A stretch of DNA of 64,000 nucleotides from an uncultured Acidimicrobiales bacterium (GTDB lineage Bacteria > Actinomycetota > Acidimicrobiia > Acidimicrobiales > RAAP-2): positions 155,467 through 219,466 of the forward strand of contig CAVOKJ010000001.1 in assembly GCA_963696495.1 (NCBI GenBank). The letters are read 5' to 3'. Positions 33,863-42,285 of the stretch are shown piece by piece (position 1 is the stretch's first letter; each line of letters starts with the position of its first letter). A program made the position numbers and the translations under genes. Under the pieces are notes generated by a model. That model saw nothing but the letters and a program-made list of their open reading frames with translations, did no database searches and was not told the DNA's origin.

Positions 33863-34204
33863 ATGGCCACCCTCCCCGTCCCCCCGTTGCCCGCCACCCT
33901 CCCCGCCCACGTCGTCACCGGGCGCACCGCCGACGTGCAACTCACCCCGGACACCAATTCACTCCCCGGCGGGCAGGTGCTGCAGCACCTCATGAACGGC
34001 CTCGGGGGGTGGGCACTGGCCTTCGCCCTGATCGGGTTGGTCGTCGGCGCGGCCGCCTGGGCGCTGGGCTCCCACGGCCAGAACTACCAGCAGAGCTACG
34101 TCGGCCGGCGGGCGGTGCTGATCTCCGGACTGGCCGCCCTGCTGATCGGGGCCGGCCCGGCCATCATCAACTTCTTCTTCCATGCGGGCCAAGGGGTGAA
34201 CTGA
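33863..34204 (+). CDS. Small two-TM membrane protein, VirB2/TrbC pilin-like (T4SS-like module gene 1)
   Basis: 113 aa with two hydrophobic helices (GWALAFALIGLVVGAAAWAL and AVLISGLAALLIGAGPAIINFFF) forming a hairpin. First gene of the cluster. Confidence 0.5.
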   Translation: MATLPVPPLPATLPAHVVTGRTADVQLTPDTNSLPGGQVLQHLMNGLGGWALAFALIGLVVGAAAWALGSHGQNYQQSYVGRRAVLISGLAALLIGAGPAIINFFFHAGQGVN

Positions 34205-34205
34205 C

Positions 34206-35858
34206 GTGCCCGTGGTGGGACTGCCGGCCATCCCGAGCGTCTCGTGCCCCTCGACCGCCTCCGCGCTGGCCTCGGCCGGCCTCGGTCCCGTGTGCCAGGT
34301 GGCCTCCGGTGCGACGGCGGCGGCCGGATCGGCGGTCTCCCAGGTTGCCGGCCTCGGCATCGACAGCGTGCTCGATGCGCTGGGCGGCTGGGTGTCCGAC
34401 GGGGCCACCTGGCTGCTGACCCAGATCGGCGGCGTGGTCGGCACCACCACCTCGGTCGATCTGTCGGCACCGTGGTTCTCCGCCCACTACGGGACGATGG
34501 CTGCCCTGGCGGCCGTGGTGGTCCTCCCGCTGATGCTCCTCGGCGTCATGCAGGCGGTCTACCGCCAGGACGCCTCGGCGCTCGTCCGGTCCGTGGCCGT
34601 GAACGTCCCGCTGGCCGTGCTCCTCACGGCGGTGGCGGTCAAGCTGGTCGAGCTGGGCCTGGCGCTCACCGACGCCATGAGCGCGGCCGTGGCTGAGGGG
34701 GCCGGCCTCGACGCCGGTCACTTCATGGCCTCGGTCACGCTCGGGCTGTCGGGTGCCGCCACCACCGGTCAATCCGGCGCGCCGGCCTTCATCCTGCTCC
34801 TGGGGGCGTTGGCGGTGGTGCTCGGCGCGGTCATGGTGTGGGTGGAGCTCCTGATCCGTTCGGCGGCCGTCTATGTGGCCGTCCTCTTCCTGCCCCTGGC
34901 GCTGGCCAGCCTGGCCTGGCCGGCCATCTCGCACTGGTGCCGCCGTCTGGTGGACACCCTGGTCGCCCTCATCCTCGGGAAGTTCGTGATCGTCTCGGTG
35001 CTCAGCCTGGCCGCCGGGGCACTGGCCGGCTCGGGGGGTGCCGGCGGGGGAGGGTTCACCGCGGTGCTCGGCGGAGCGGCGCTCCTCATGCTGTCGGCGT
35101 TCGCCCCCTGGGCCCTGTTCCGGCTGATCCCCTTCCTCGAGGCGGGCGCCGTCGGCCATCTGGAAGGGGTGAGCCAGCGCACGAGGCACACCGTCTCCGC
35201 TCCCGTGCGGGGACTGGCCCAGGTGGCGATGCGGGCCGCCGCCGGCTCGATGGCCGGTTCCCTCGCCGGCCTGGCCGGTGGGTCGGGCGGGCCGGGTGGG
35301 GTCGGGTCGGGCCCGGAGCCCCCCGGCCCTTCGGGAGACCCGGGAGACCCGCGAGACCCCGGACAACCCCCGGACAGGGGACCGTCCTCGGCGGAGTCCA
35401 CCGGGGTGGGGACGACCGAACCTCCCGGGCACGGCATCCCCATGCACCCGGCGCATCCCGCCGCCACCGCCACCGCCCACCGGCTGATGGCCGAGTTGGA
35501 GGAGGCGGGCATGATCGAGCCGGGCTCCCGCCTCGGCCCGGGCCCGGGAGCCGTCGGCGGGACCGGGTCCGGCGGAGGCGAGACCGCCGGCGGAGGCGCG
35601 GCCACCGGCGGAGGGGCAGTGTCCGGAGGGAGGGCGGCACCCGGCGCGTCACGCTCACCGGTCGGCGCCGTGGGCACCCCGCCGCTCCGGCCACTCCCCG
35701 TCCAGACCGGCACGGTCAACCCCGACTCGATCGGGCGGGACCATCTCGGCGTCAGGCTGGTGGCCGCACCCCAACCGCCGGCGCACCGGCCGCCCACCGG
35801 GGGTCCGGACGGAGACGGACGGGGTGGCGCTCACCCGGGCGGGACGCCCGGTGGCTGA
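34206..35858 (+). CDS. Polytopic membrane protein, TrbL/VirB6-like, with a ~195-aa Gly/Pro-rich tail (gene 2)
   Basis: Five to six TM helices at about aa 95-310, then a low-complexity tail. GTG start 2 nt after the gene 1 stop. Confidence 0.6.
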   Translation: MPVVGLPAIPSVSCPSTASALASAGLGPVCQVASGATAAAGSAVSQVAGLGIDSVLDALGGWVSDGATWLLTQIGGVVGTTTSVDLSAPWFSAHYGTMAALAAVVVLPLMLLGVMQAVYRQDASALVRSVAVNVPLAVLLTAVAVKLVELGLALTDAMSAAVAEGAGLDAGHFMASVTLGLSGAATTGQSGAPAFILLLGALAVVLGAVMVWVELLIRSAAVYVAVLFLPLALASLAWPAISHWCRRLVDTLVALILGKFVIVSVLSLAAGALAGSGGAGGGGFTAVLGGAALLMLSAFAPWALFRLIPFLEAGAVGHLEGVSQRTRHTVSAPVRGLAQVAMRAAAGSMAGSLAGLAGGSGGPGGVGSGPEPPGPSGDPGDPRDPGQPPDRGPSSAESTGVGTTEPPGHGIPMHPAHPAATATAHRLMAELEEAGMIEPGSRLGPGPGAVGGTGSGGGETAGGGAATGGGAVSGGRAAPGASRSPVGAVGTPPLRPLPVQTGTVNPDSIGRDHLGVRLVAAPQPPAHRPPTGGPDGDGRGGAHPGGTPGG

Positions 35859-37428
35859 TGGCGACGGCCACGAGCGCGTGCACTACCGGTTCTCCCCGCT
35901 GGAGCGCCGGGGGGTCATCGCCGGATGGCGCGGCGGACAGATCGCCTCGGTGGCGGCCGGACTGGTCATCGGGGTGCTCGCCCTCCGCTCCCGTCCGAGC
36001 GTGGGAGGCGTGCTGGTGGCCGTGGCCTGCGTGGCCGGGGGCGTGGCCCTGGCCTTCTGGCCGATCCGGGGACGCACCGGCGAGCAGTGGCTCCCACTCG
36101 TGGTGCGCCGGGTCGTGGCGCTGGGGACCGGCGGTCGCCGGCAGCTGGCTCCGGGGCCCGGCTCCGGCCATGTGGCCAGCCTGGGTGCCGACGGCGGGGA
36201 GGCCGAGGTGTCGGTCACCGGACCCGCTGCGGCGGGTGGTCGTGGCATCGGCCGGCGGACCACCTTCGACGGGGTGGAGATCGTCGGGGTCCCGTCCGTG
36301 CCCGACCGGTGGGCGGCCGACATGGGGATGGTCGTGGACCGGTCGGCCCGCACCGCCGCCGCCGTCCTGGCCGTCCGGGGTCACAGCTTCGCGTTGCTCG
36401 GTCACCGCCAGCAGGACTCGACCATCGCCGGGTGGGCCAGGGTGCTCTCGTCCATGGCCCGGGAAGGCTCCGACGTGCACCGCCTCCAGTGGATCGAGTC
36501 GTGCCTCCCCGACGATGGCGGTGCCGTGCGCCGCCACCGCGCCGCCCATGCGGTCCTCGATGAGGAGTCCGCGGCCGGCCGGTCCTACCTGACGCTCCTG
36601 GACGAGTCCGCGCCGGCCACCCGCCGGCATCGCGTGCTGCTCGTCGTCTCCATCCACACCGGACGTTCCTCCCGGGCCATCCGCGTCGCCGGTGGGGGGA
36701 CCGTGGGGACGGGGGTCGTCCTCGGTCGCGAGATCCTGTCGCTGCAGCGTTCCCTCGGGGCCACCGACGTCACGATGGACGGTGTCCTCGGGCCCGGCGC
36801 CCTGGTCCGGGTGATCAGAGAGGCGTCCTCTCCGACGGTCGACACCGAACGGGATGGCGACCCGCTCGGTGCGGGGCCGTCGGGCGAGCCGGACACGGAG
36901 CCCGACCCCGCGCCGGGGTGGCCGTGGCCGATGGCCGTCGAGCCCCAGTGGGACGCCATCCGGACCGATGCCACCTGGCACGCCACCTACTGGATCGCCG
37001 AGTGGCCGAGGGTCGAGGTCACCCCCGACTTCCTCGGGCCGCTGCTCTTCCTGCCCCTGCGACGGACCATCACGATGACCATGGAACCGGTCAGCCCCAG
37101 CCGCGCCGCCCGCCAGGTGGCCCAGGCCCGGACGGCCGACATCGCCGACGGCGAGCTGCGCCGCCGGAACGGCTTCCTCACCACCGCCCGCCACACCCGT
37201 GAGAAGGAGAGCGTCGAGGAGCGCGACGTCGAGCTGTCCGACGGGCACGCCCAGTACCGGTTCTCCGGGTACGTGACGGTGACCGCCGAATCGAGGGGCG
37301 AGCTCGCCGCCGCCTGTGTGGCCGTCGAACAGGCGGCCGGCCAGTCCCGCGTGGAGCTCAGGCTCCTCTACGGCGAGCAGGACGTGGGCTTCACCTGCTC
37401 GCTCCCGCTCGGTCGGGGCCTCTCGTGA
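35824..37428 (+). CDS. VirB3-like TM hairpin fused to a VirB4 N-terminal-like domain (resembles what I recall as the SCO6880 family); start 35824 or 35851 (gene 3)
   Basis: HYRFSPLERRGVIAGWRGGQ followed by two TM helices. Later WHATYWIAEWPRVEVTPDFLGPLL is typical of the non-ATPase half of VirB4/TraC. No P-loop. Confidence 0.6.
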   Translation: MALTRAGRPVADGDGHERVHYRFSPLERRGVIAGWRGGQIASVAAGLVIGVLALRSRPSVGGVLVAVACVAGGVALAFWPIRGRTGEQWLPLVVRRVVALGTGGRRQLAPGPGSGHVASLGADGGEAEVSVTGPAAAGGRGIGRRTTFDGVEIVGVPSVPDRWAADMGMVVDRSARTAAAVLAVRGHSFALLGHRQQDSTIAGWARVLSSMAREGSDVHRLQWIESCLPDDGGAVRRHRAAHAVLDEESAAGRSYLTLLDESAPATRRHRVLLVVSIHTGRSSRAIRVAGGGTVGTGVVLGREILSLQRSLGATDVTMDGVLGPGALVRVIREASSPTVDTERDGDPLGAGPSGEPDTEPDPAPGWPWPMAVEPQWDAIRTDATWHATYWIAEWPRVEVTPDFLGPLLFLPLRRTITMTMEPVSPSRAARQVAQARTADIADGELRRRNGFLTTARHTREKESVEERDVELSDGHAQYRFSGYVTVTAESRGELAAACVAVEQAAGQSRVELRLLYGEQDVGFTCSLPLGRGLS

Positions 37429-38828
37429 CGGCGACCGGACCGCGGGTCCCGGCCCATGTGGCCACCACCCGGCACTTGTGTGCCGCCTATCCGCTGGTGA
37501 CCGAGGCCGGACTCGGGCACGAGGGGGTACTCGTCGGCCGGGACGTGCTCGGCGGGTCCTTCGTCTACGACCCGTTCGTGCTCTACCGGCAGGGGGTGGT
37601 CACCAATCCCAACATGGTGGTGATCGGTCAGATCGGCCGCGGGAAGAGCTCTTTCGTCAAGTCCTACCTGTGGCGCCAGGCGGTGTTCGGACGCCGAGCC
37701 TGGGTGGTCGACCCGAAAGGGGAGTACGGGCCCTTGGCCCGGGCGTGGGGCGTCACGCCGGTGGCCCTGCGACCGGGGGGTTCCGTCCGGCTCAACCCGC
37801 TCGACACCGACGGCGGAGCCGGCGGCGGGGTCGATCCGGGCACGGACCCCAGCGGGGGCGACGGCACCGATGGGGCTGGGAACGGCACCGACGGCATCCG
37901 GGCCGACGGCGGCCGGGGCGACGCGGTCCGCCGGAGCCGTATCTCGCTCACCTCGTCACTGGCCATCGCCTGCCTCGGCCGGGACCTGCTCCCCCGCGAG
38001 CGGGCGGCCGTCGACGCCGCCGTCACCGAGGCCACGGCACGGTCACGGGTGGCGCGGTTGGACGCCCCCACGCTGCCCCAGGTCGTCGACGCCCTCCTCG
38101 ATCCGGGCATGGATGCGGCCCTGGCCATCCGGACCTCGAGGTCGGTGCTGGTCGAGGACGGTCGTGACGTGGCGCTCGAGCTCCGGCGGTTGGTCCACGG
38201 GGACCTGTGCGGCATGTTCGACGGGCCGACCACACCCGGCCTGCGCCTCGACGGGCCGCTGGTCGTCCTGGACCTCTCGGCCGTCTACCACTCATCCGCC
38301 CTCGGCGTGCTCATGGCCTGCGCGGCGGCCTGGCTCCAGAGCGCCGTCCGGGCCCGGCACCGGAACCGGATCATCGTGGTCGTGGACGAGGCGTGGGCGA
38401 TCCTCTCCAACCTCGGGGTGGCCCGGTGGTTGCAGACCTCGTGGAAGCTCTCCCGTGCCCTCGGCGTGTCCAACATCGCCGTACTGCACCGGCTCTCGGA
38501 TCTGCGGTCGGTGGCCGGCGAGGGCTCCGAGCAGGTCAACCTGGCCGAGGGCCTGCTGGCCGACTCGGAGACCCGGGTGGTCTACGCCCAGTCGCCCGGC
38601 GAGGTCGAGCGCACCGGTGAGCTCCTCGGCCTGACCGGGACGGAGGCCGAGCTGGTCACCCAACTGCGCCGTGGGATGGCCCTGTGGAAGGTGGGTCGAC
38701 GCTCGTTCCTCGTCGAGCACCGACTGGCCTCCGAGGAGCAGTGGCTGACCGACACCGACCAGGCCATGACCGGACGGAACCCGGACGGGGGACGTGACGC
38801 CGGCCCGGGCCCCGTCCCCGGGCGTTGA
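37425..38828 (+). CDS. VirB4-like P-loop ATPase domain protein (gene 4)
   Basis: GTGA overlap with gene 3. Walker A GQIGRGKS (37626-37649), Walker B IIVVVDEAWAIL and a downstream RHR/LSD region as in VirB4/TrbE-type ATPases. Confidence 0.75.
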   Translation: MTATGPRVPAHVATTRHLCAAYPLVTEAGLGHEGVLVGRDVLGGSFVYDPFVLYRQGVVTNPNMVVIGQIGRGKSSFVKSYLWRQAVFGRRAWVVDPKGEYGPLARAWGVTPVALRPGGSVRLNPLDTDGGAGGGVDPGTDPSGGDGTDGAGNGTDGIRADGGRGDAVRRSRISLTSSLAIACLGRDLLPRERAAVDAAVTEATARSRVARLDAPTLPQVVDALLDPGMDAALAIRTSRSVLVEDGRDVALELRRLVHGDLCGMFDGPTTPGLRLDGPLVVLDLSAVYHSSALGVLMACAAAWLQSAVRARHRNRIIVVVDEAWAILSNLGVARWLQTSWKLSRALGVSNIAVLHRLSDLRSVAGEGSEQVNLAEGLLADSETRVVYAQSPGEVERTGELLGLTGTEAELVTQLRRGMALWKVGRRSFLVEHRLASEEQWLTDTDQAMTGRNPDGGRDAGPGPVPGR

Positions 38829-38832
38829 GGAC

Positions 38833-40410
38833 ATGACGGTCGCCACGCTGTCCGCCACGGTCGTCGGGCTGTCCGCATTCGCCGGGGCGGCACTGACCGG
38901 GACCGGACGCCGGCGATGGGGCCGCCCCGGTCGGTCCCGGGGTGACGGGCCGACCCACCCCCGACGGCGACCATCCCGTCCGGACCGCCGCCGTCGGCCG
39001 GGTGCCGGTGGGCCGGGGGACCGTCGACGGACGGCGCAGTGGGCCAGCCCCGGCCAGCTCCGGCACCTCCTGGTGGGACCGAGGTGGGCCCTCCGGTCCG
39101 GGAGTCCCCCGGCCCCGAGCGGGCGACTGGTGCTCGGGTGGGCGGGCCGCCAGCTCGTCGTCGCCGAGCGTGCGCAGTCGGTGATCGTCTTCGGGCCCAC
39201 CCAGTCGTTCAAGACCTCCGGATTCGCCATCCCGGCCATTCTCGAGTGGGAGGGTCCGCTCCTGGCGTCGAGCGTCAAGACCGATCTCGTCGACCACACC
39301 ATCGACCACCGGCGGGCCTGCGGCTCGGTGACGTGCTTCGACCCCTCGGGCTCCACGGACCTCGACGGGTCGACGTGGTCGCCGTTGCGGGCCTCTTGCA
39401 CCTGGCCCGGGGCCCGGAGGGCCGCAGCCGGACTCACCGAGGTGGCCAAGTCCTCGGTCGGCACGATGAGCGACGGGGACTTCTGGTACGCCACGGCCGC
39501 CAGGATGCTCGCCCCGCTGTTCTTCGCCGCCGCCTTCGGGCAGCGGACCATGGACGACGTCGTCCGCTGGGTCGACACCGGCGAGGAGCGGGAGGTCCTC
39601 GACCTGCTGGATGCGGCCGGCATACCCGAGGCGAGCAACGCCGCCCTGTCCACCTTCGGCAAGGAGGAGCGCCAGCGAAGCTCGATCTACACCACGGTCG
39701 AGACCATCCTCGAACCGTTCGCCGGCAGCACCGGCTCCCGGGACCCGGATACCGGTGCGGGGACGGTGGACCCGGCGAGGCTGCTGGCCGGATCCAACAC
39801 GCTGTACCTGTGCGCCCCCGCCCACGGCCAACGGCGGTTGGCCCCGTTGTTCGTCTCGGTGGTCCGAGAGGTGGTCGAGCACGTCTACGAGCAGGTGGCG
39901 AGCTCCGGGAAGCCCCTCGACCCTCCGTTGCTGCTGGTGCTGGACGAGGCGGCCAACATCGCTCCGCTCACCGATCTCGACGCGCTGGCGGCGACGGCGG
40001 CCGGTCATGGCGTGCAGCTGGTCACGGTCTGGCACGACCTCTCCCAGATCAACGCCCGCTACGGGCCGCGGGCCACGACGGTGGTGAACAACCATCGGTC
40101 CAAGCTCTTCCTGTCGGGGATCTCCGACCCGGCGACGCTCGACTACGCCAGCCACCTCATCGGCGACGAGGAACTCCACGTTCCGGTGACGACCCGCGGC
40201 GGCCACGGCGGGCTGAGCACCACCTTCTCGCCGTCCACCCGGAGGCTCGCTCCCCCTGACGAGATCCGTCGCATCCCACCGGGCGAGGGCGTGCTCGTCT
40301 ACGGGGACCTGCCGCCCGCACGTCTGCGGCTGCGGCCGTGGTTCGACGATCCCCGTTTGTCCGCCATGACTGCGGCCCATGCACCGCCCGACGTGGTGAG
40401 CCCGGAGTGA
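38833..40410 (+). CDS. VirD4/TraG-type coupling protein (gene 5)
   Basis: N-terminal TM helix and an Arg/Pro-rich linker. Then VFGPTQSFKTSG, FDPSG, LLLVLDEAANI and GVQLVTVWHDLSQI...NHRSKLFLSGI, the TraG/VirD4 NTPase pattern. Confidence 0.8.
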   Translation: MTVATLSATVVGLSAFAGAALTGTGRRRWGRPGRSRGDGPTHPRRRPSRPDRRRRPGAGGPGDRRRTAQWASPGQLRHLLVGPRWALRSGSPPAPSGRLVLGWAGRQLVVAERAQSVIVFGPTQSFKTSGFAIPAILEWEGPLLASSVKTDLVDHTIDHRRACGSVTCFDPSGSTDLDGSTWSPLRASCTWPGARRAAAGLTEVAKSSVGTMSDGDFWYATAARMLAPLFFAAAFGQRTMDDVVRWVDTGEEREVLDLLDAAGIPEASNAALSTFGKEERQRSSIYTTVETILEPFAGSTGSRDPDTGAGTVDPARLLAGSNTLYLCAPAHGQRRLAPLFVSVVREVVEHVYEQVASSGKPLDPPLLLVLDEAANIAPLTDLDALAATAAGHGVQLVTVWHDLSQINARYGPRATTVVNNHRSKLFLSGISDPATLDYASHLIGDEELHVPVTTRGGHGGLSTTFSPSTRRLAPPDEIRRIPPGEGVLVYGDLPPARLRLRPWFDDPRLSAMTAAHAPPDVVSPE

Positions 40411-40474
40411 CGAGAGTGTCCGGACGATCGGCCCCACCCGGGAGCGCACGTCGGTGAGGAGCGCTCGTGGGAGG

Positions 40475-40807
40475 TCAGCCGCCGGTGGTGCCCTTCCTCA
40501 GCTGGTTCTCCGCGGCCTTCAGCTCGGACTCGGCGGCGCTCAGGTTCTTCTTGGCCTGCTCGATCGAGGCGAGCAGCTGCGACGACAGCGTCGTACAGGG
40601 CGAGGCCGAGTCACCGTTGGGTGGGCACGCACTGGCGGTGGCGCTGACCTGGGCCAGCTGGGTCTGGTCGATCCGGACCCGAGCCTGCGCGTTGTCCACG
40701 GCGACCTGCTCGTCGGCCTTGGTCACCTTGGGCGTCGAGCTGCCCGACGAACAGCCACCGGCCAGGAGCACCACGGACATCGCCACGGCCGCCAGGACCC
40801 TCCGCAT
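40475..40807 (-). CDS. Small coiled-coil lipoprotein
   Basis: MRRVLAAVAMSVVLLAGGCSSG (lipobox LAGGC). Convergent on the VirD4-like gene. Confidence 0.65.
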   Translation of the reverse strand: MRRVLAAVAMSVVLLAGGCSSGSSTPKVTKADEQVAVDNAQARVRIDQTQLAQVSATASACPPNGDSASPCTTLSSQLLASIEQAKKNLSAAESELKAAENQLRKGTTGG

Positions 40808-40934
40808 GGCGCGGAGCGTAGGCGCCTGCCCCGATGCCTTCAAGGATTCCCGGTGGCCACCAGCCGGCGCCGCCGCCACCCGTCCGGCCGGCTCCGACAA
40901 TTCCCCGGGCCTGACGAGTCGGTACCATCCTCTG

Positions 40935-42203
40935 GTGACCCCACCCGTCCCAGCTCCGCAGTCGGACCTCAGCCCGGACCGCCCGGTCTTCGATCCGTTC
41001 GACCCCTCGTGGGCCAGTGACCCCTTCCCGCTCTATGCGGACCTTCGTGAGCGGGCGCCGATCCACCGCAACCATCTGGGCTTCTGGGTGATCGCCCGGC
41101 ACGAGGACTGCCTGGCGGTGCTGCGGGACCGACGGGCCAGCTCGGACAGCCTGAACGTCGCCGTCGAGCGCATGCCCGAGGGCTTCCGGACCCCGGTCGC
41201 CGAGGACGATCCCGTCGCCGTGGCCATGGTCGAGCTGCGGCCGTTCCTCTTCCGGGACCCCCCGGACCACACCCGTCTGCGGGGCCTCGTCTCGAAGGCG
41301 TTCACCCCCAAGGTCGTCGAGTCACTGCGCGAACGGACCCAGCAGACCGTGGACGAGCTCCTCGACGCCGCCCTGGAGGCCGACCGGGTCGATCTGCTCG
41401 AGGGTTTCGCCTATCCCCTGCCGGTCCGGGTCATCTGCGACCTCCTCGGTGTGCCCGTCGAGGACCAGGACCGGTTCAAGGAGTGGTCCAACGCCCTGGC
41501 CCGCGGGCTCGATCCGGACTTCCTGCTCACCCAGGAGACCATCGACGCCCGCGGTGAGGCGGTGGTCCAGTTCGCCCAGTACTTCTTCGAGCTGCTGGCC
41601 GAGCGCCGCCGGGCCCCGGGTGAGGATCTCTTGAGCCGGCTGGTCCAGGCCGAGGACGGGGGGACGGTGCTGAGCGAGCCGGAGCTGCTCTCGACCTGCA
41701 TCCTGTTGTTGGTGGCCGGCCATGAGACCACGGTCAACCTGATCAGCGGGGGCACGCACGCCCTCCTGCGCCACCCCGACCAGTTCGAGCGGTTCCGCAC
41801 GGACCCGACGGTGACCCGGAGCGGCGTCGAGGAGATGCTGCGCTACGTGTCGCCGGTGCAGCTGACCGGCCGGGCGCTCGTCGAGGACTGCGAGTTCGGC
41901 GGTGTCCGGTTCGAGGCCGGCGACTTCGCCATGCTGCTGCTCGCCTCGGGCAACCGGGACGCCGCGCAGTTCGAGGACCCGGACCGCTTCGACATCACCC
42001 GGACGCCCAACAACCACCTCGGCTTCGGGTTCGGGATCCACCACTGCCTCGGGGCGCCCTTGGCGCGGATGGAGGCGCAGGTGGCGCTGAGCACACTGGT
42101 GCGCCGCGCCCCCCGGCTGGCACTGACCGTCGACGACGTGGTGTACAAGCACAACGTCGTGCTGCGGGGCATGGAGTCGCTGCCGGTGGCCATGCGGGGC
42201 TGA
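40935..42203 (+). CDS. Cytochrome P450
   Basis: I-helix LLLVAGHETT, EXXR (EEMLRY) and the heme loop FGFGIHHCLGAPLA. GTG 40935 is the proposed start. Confidence 0.9.
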   Translation: MTPPVPAPQSDLSPDRPVFDPFDPSWASDPFPLYADLRERAPIHRNHLGFWVIARHEDCLAVLRDRRASSDSLNVAVERMPEGFRTPVAEDDPVAVAMVELRPFLFRDPPDHTRLRGLVSKAFTPKVVESLRERTQQTVDELLDAALEADRVDLLEGFAYPLPVRVICDLLGVPVEDQDRFKEWSNALARGLDPDFLLTQETIDARGEAVVQFAQYFFELLAERRRAPGEDLLSRLVQAEDGGTVLSEPELLSTCILLLVAGHETTVNLISGGTHALLRHPDQFERFRTDPTVTRSGVEEMLRYVSPVQLTGRALVEDCEFGGVRFEAGDFAMLLLASGNRDAAQFEDPDRFDITRTPNNHLGFGFGIHHCLGAPLARMEAQVALSTLVRRAPRLALTVDDVVYKHNVVLRGMESLPVAMRG

Positions 42204-42285
42204 GCCGGCCCGTGCCCCGGCCCGCCGGGCTCCCGGCGCCGTCAGCCGGGCGACGGGCCGCCGCCACCCCGCCCGGTGACCGGCG

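Noticed and set aside
33863-40410. The T4SS-like cluster as part of an integrative conjugative element.
   Set aside because: No integrase, relaxase, replication or partition genes, flanking direct repeats or composition shift are visible within about 15 kb on either side. ICE status cannot be excluded without the whole genome, but the window does not support it.
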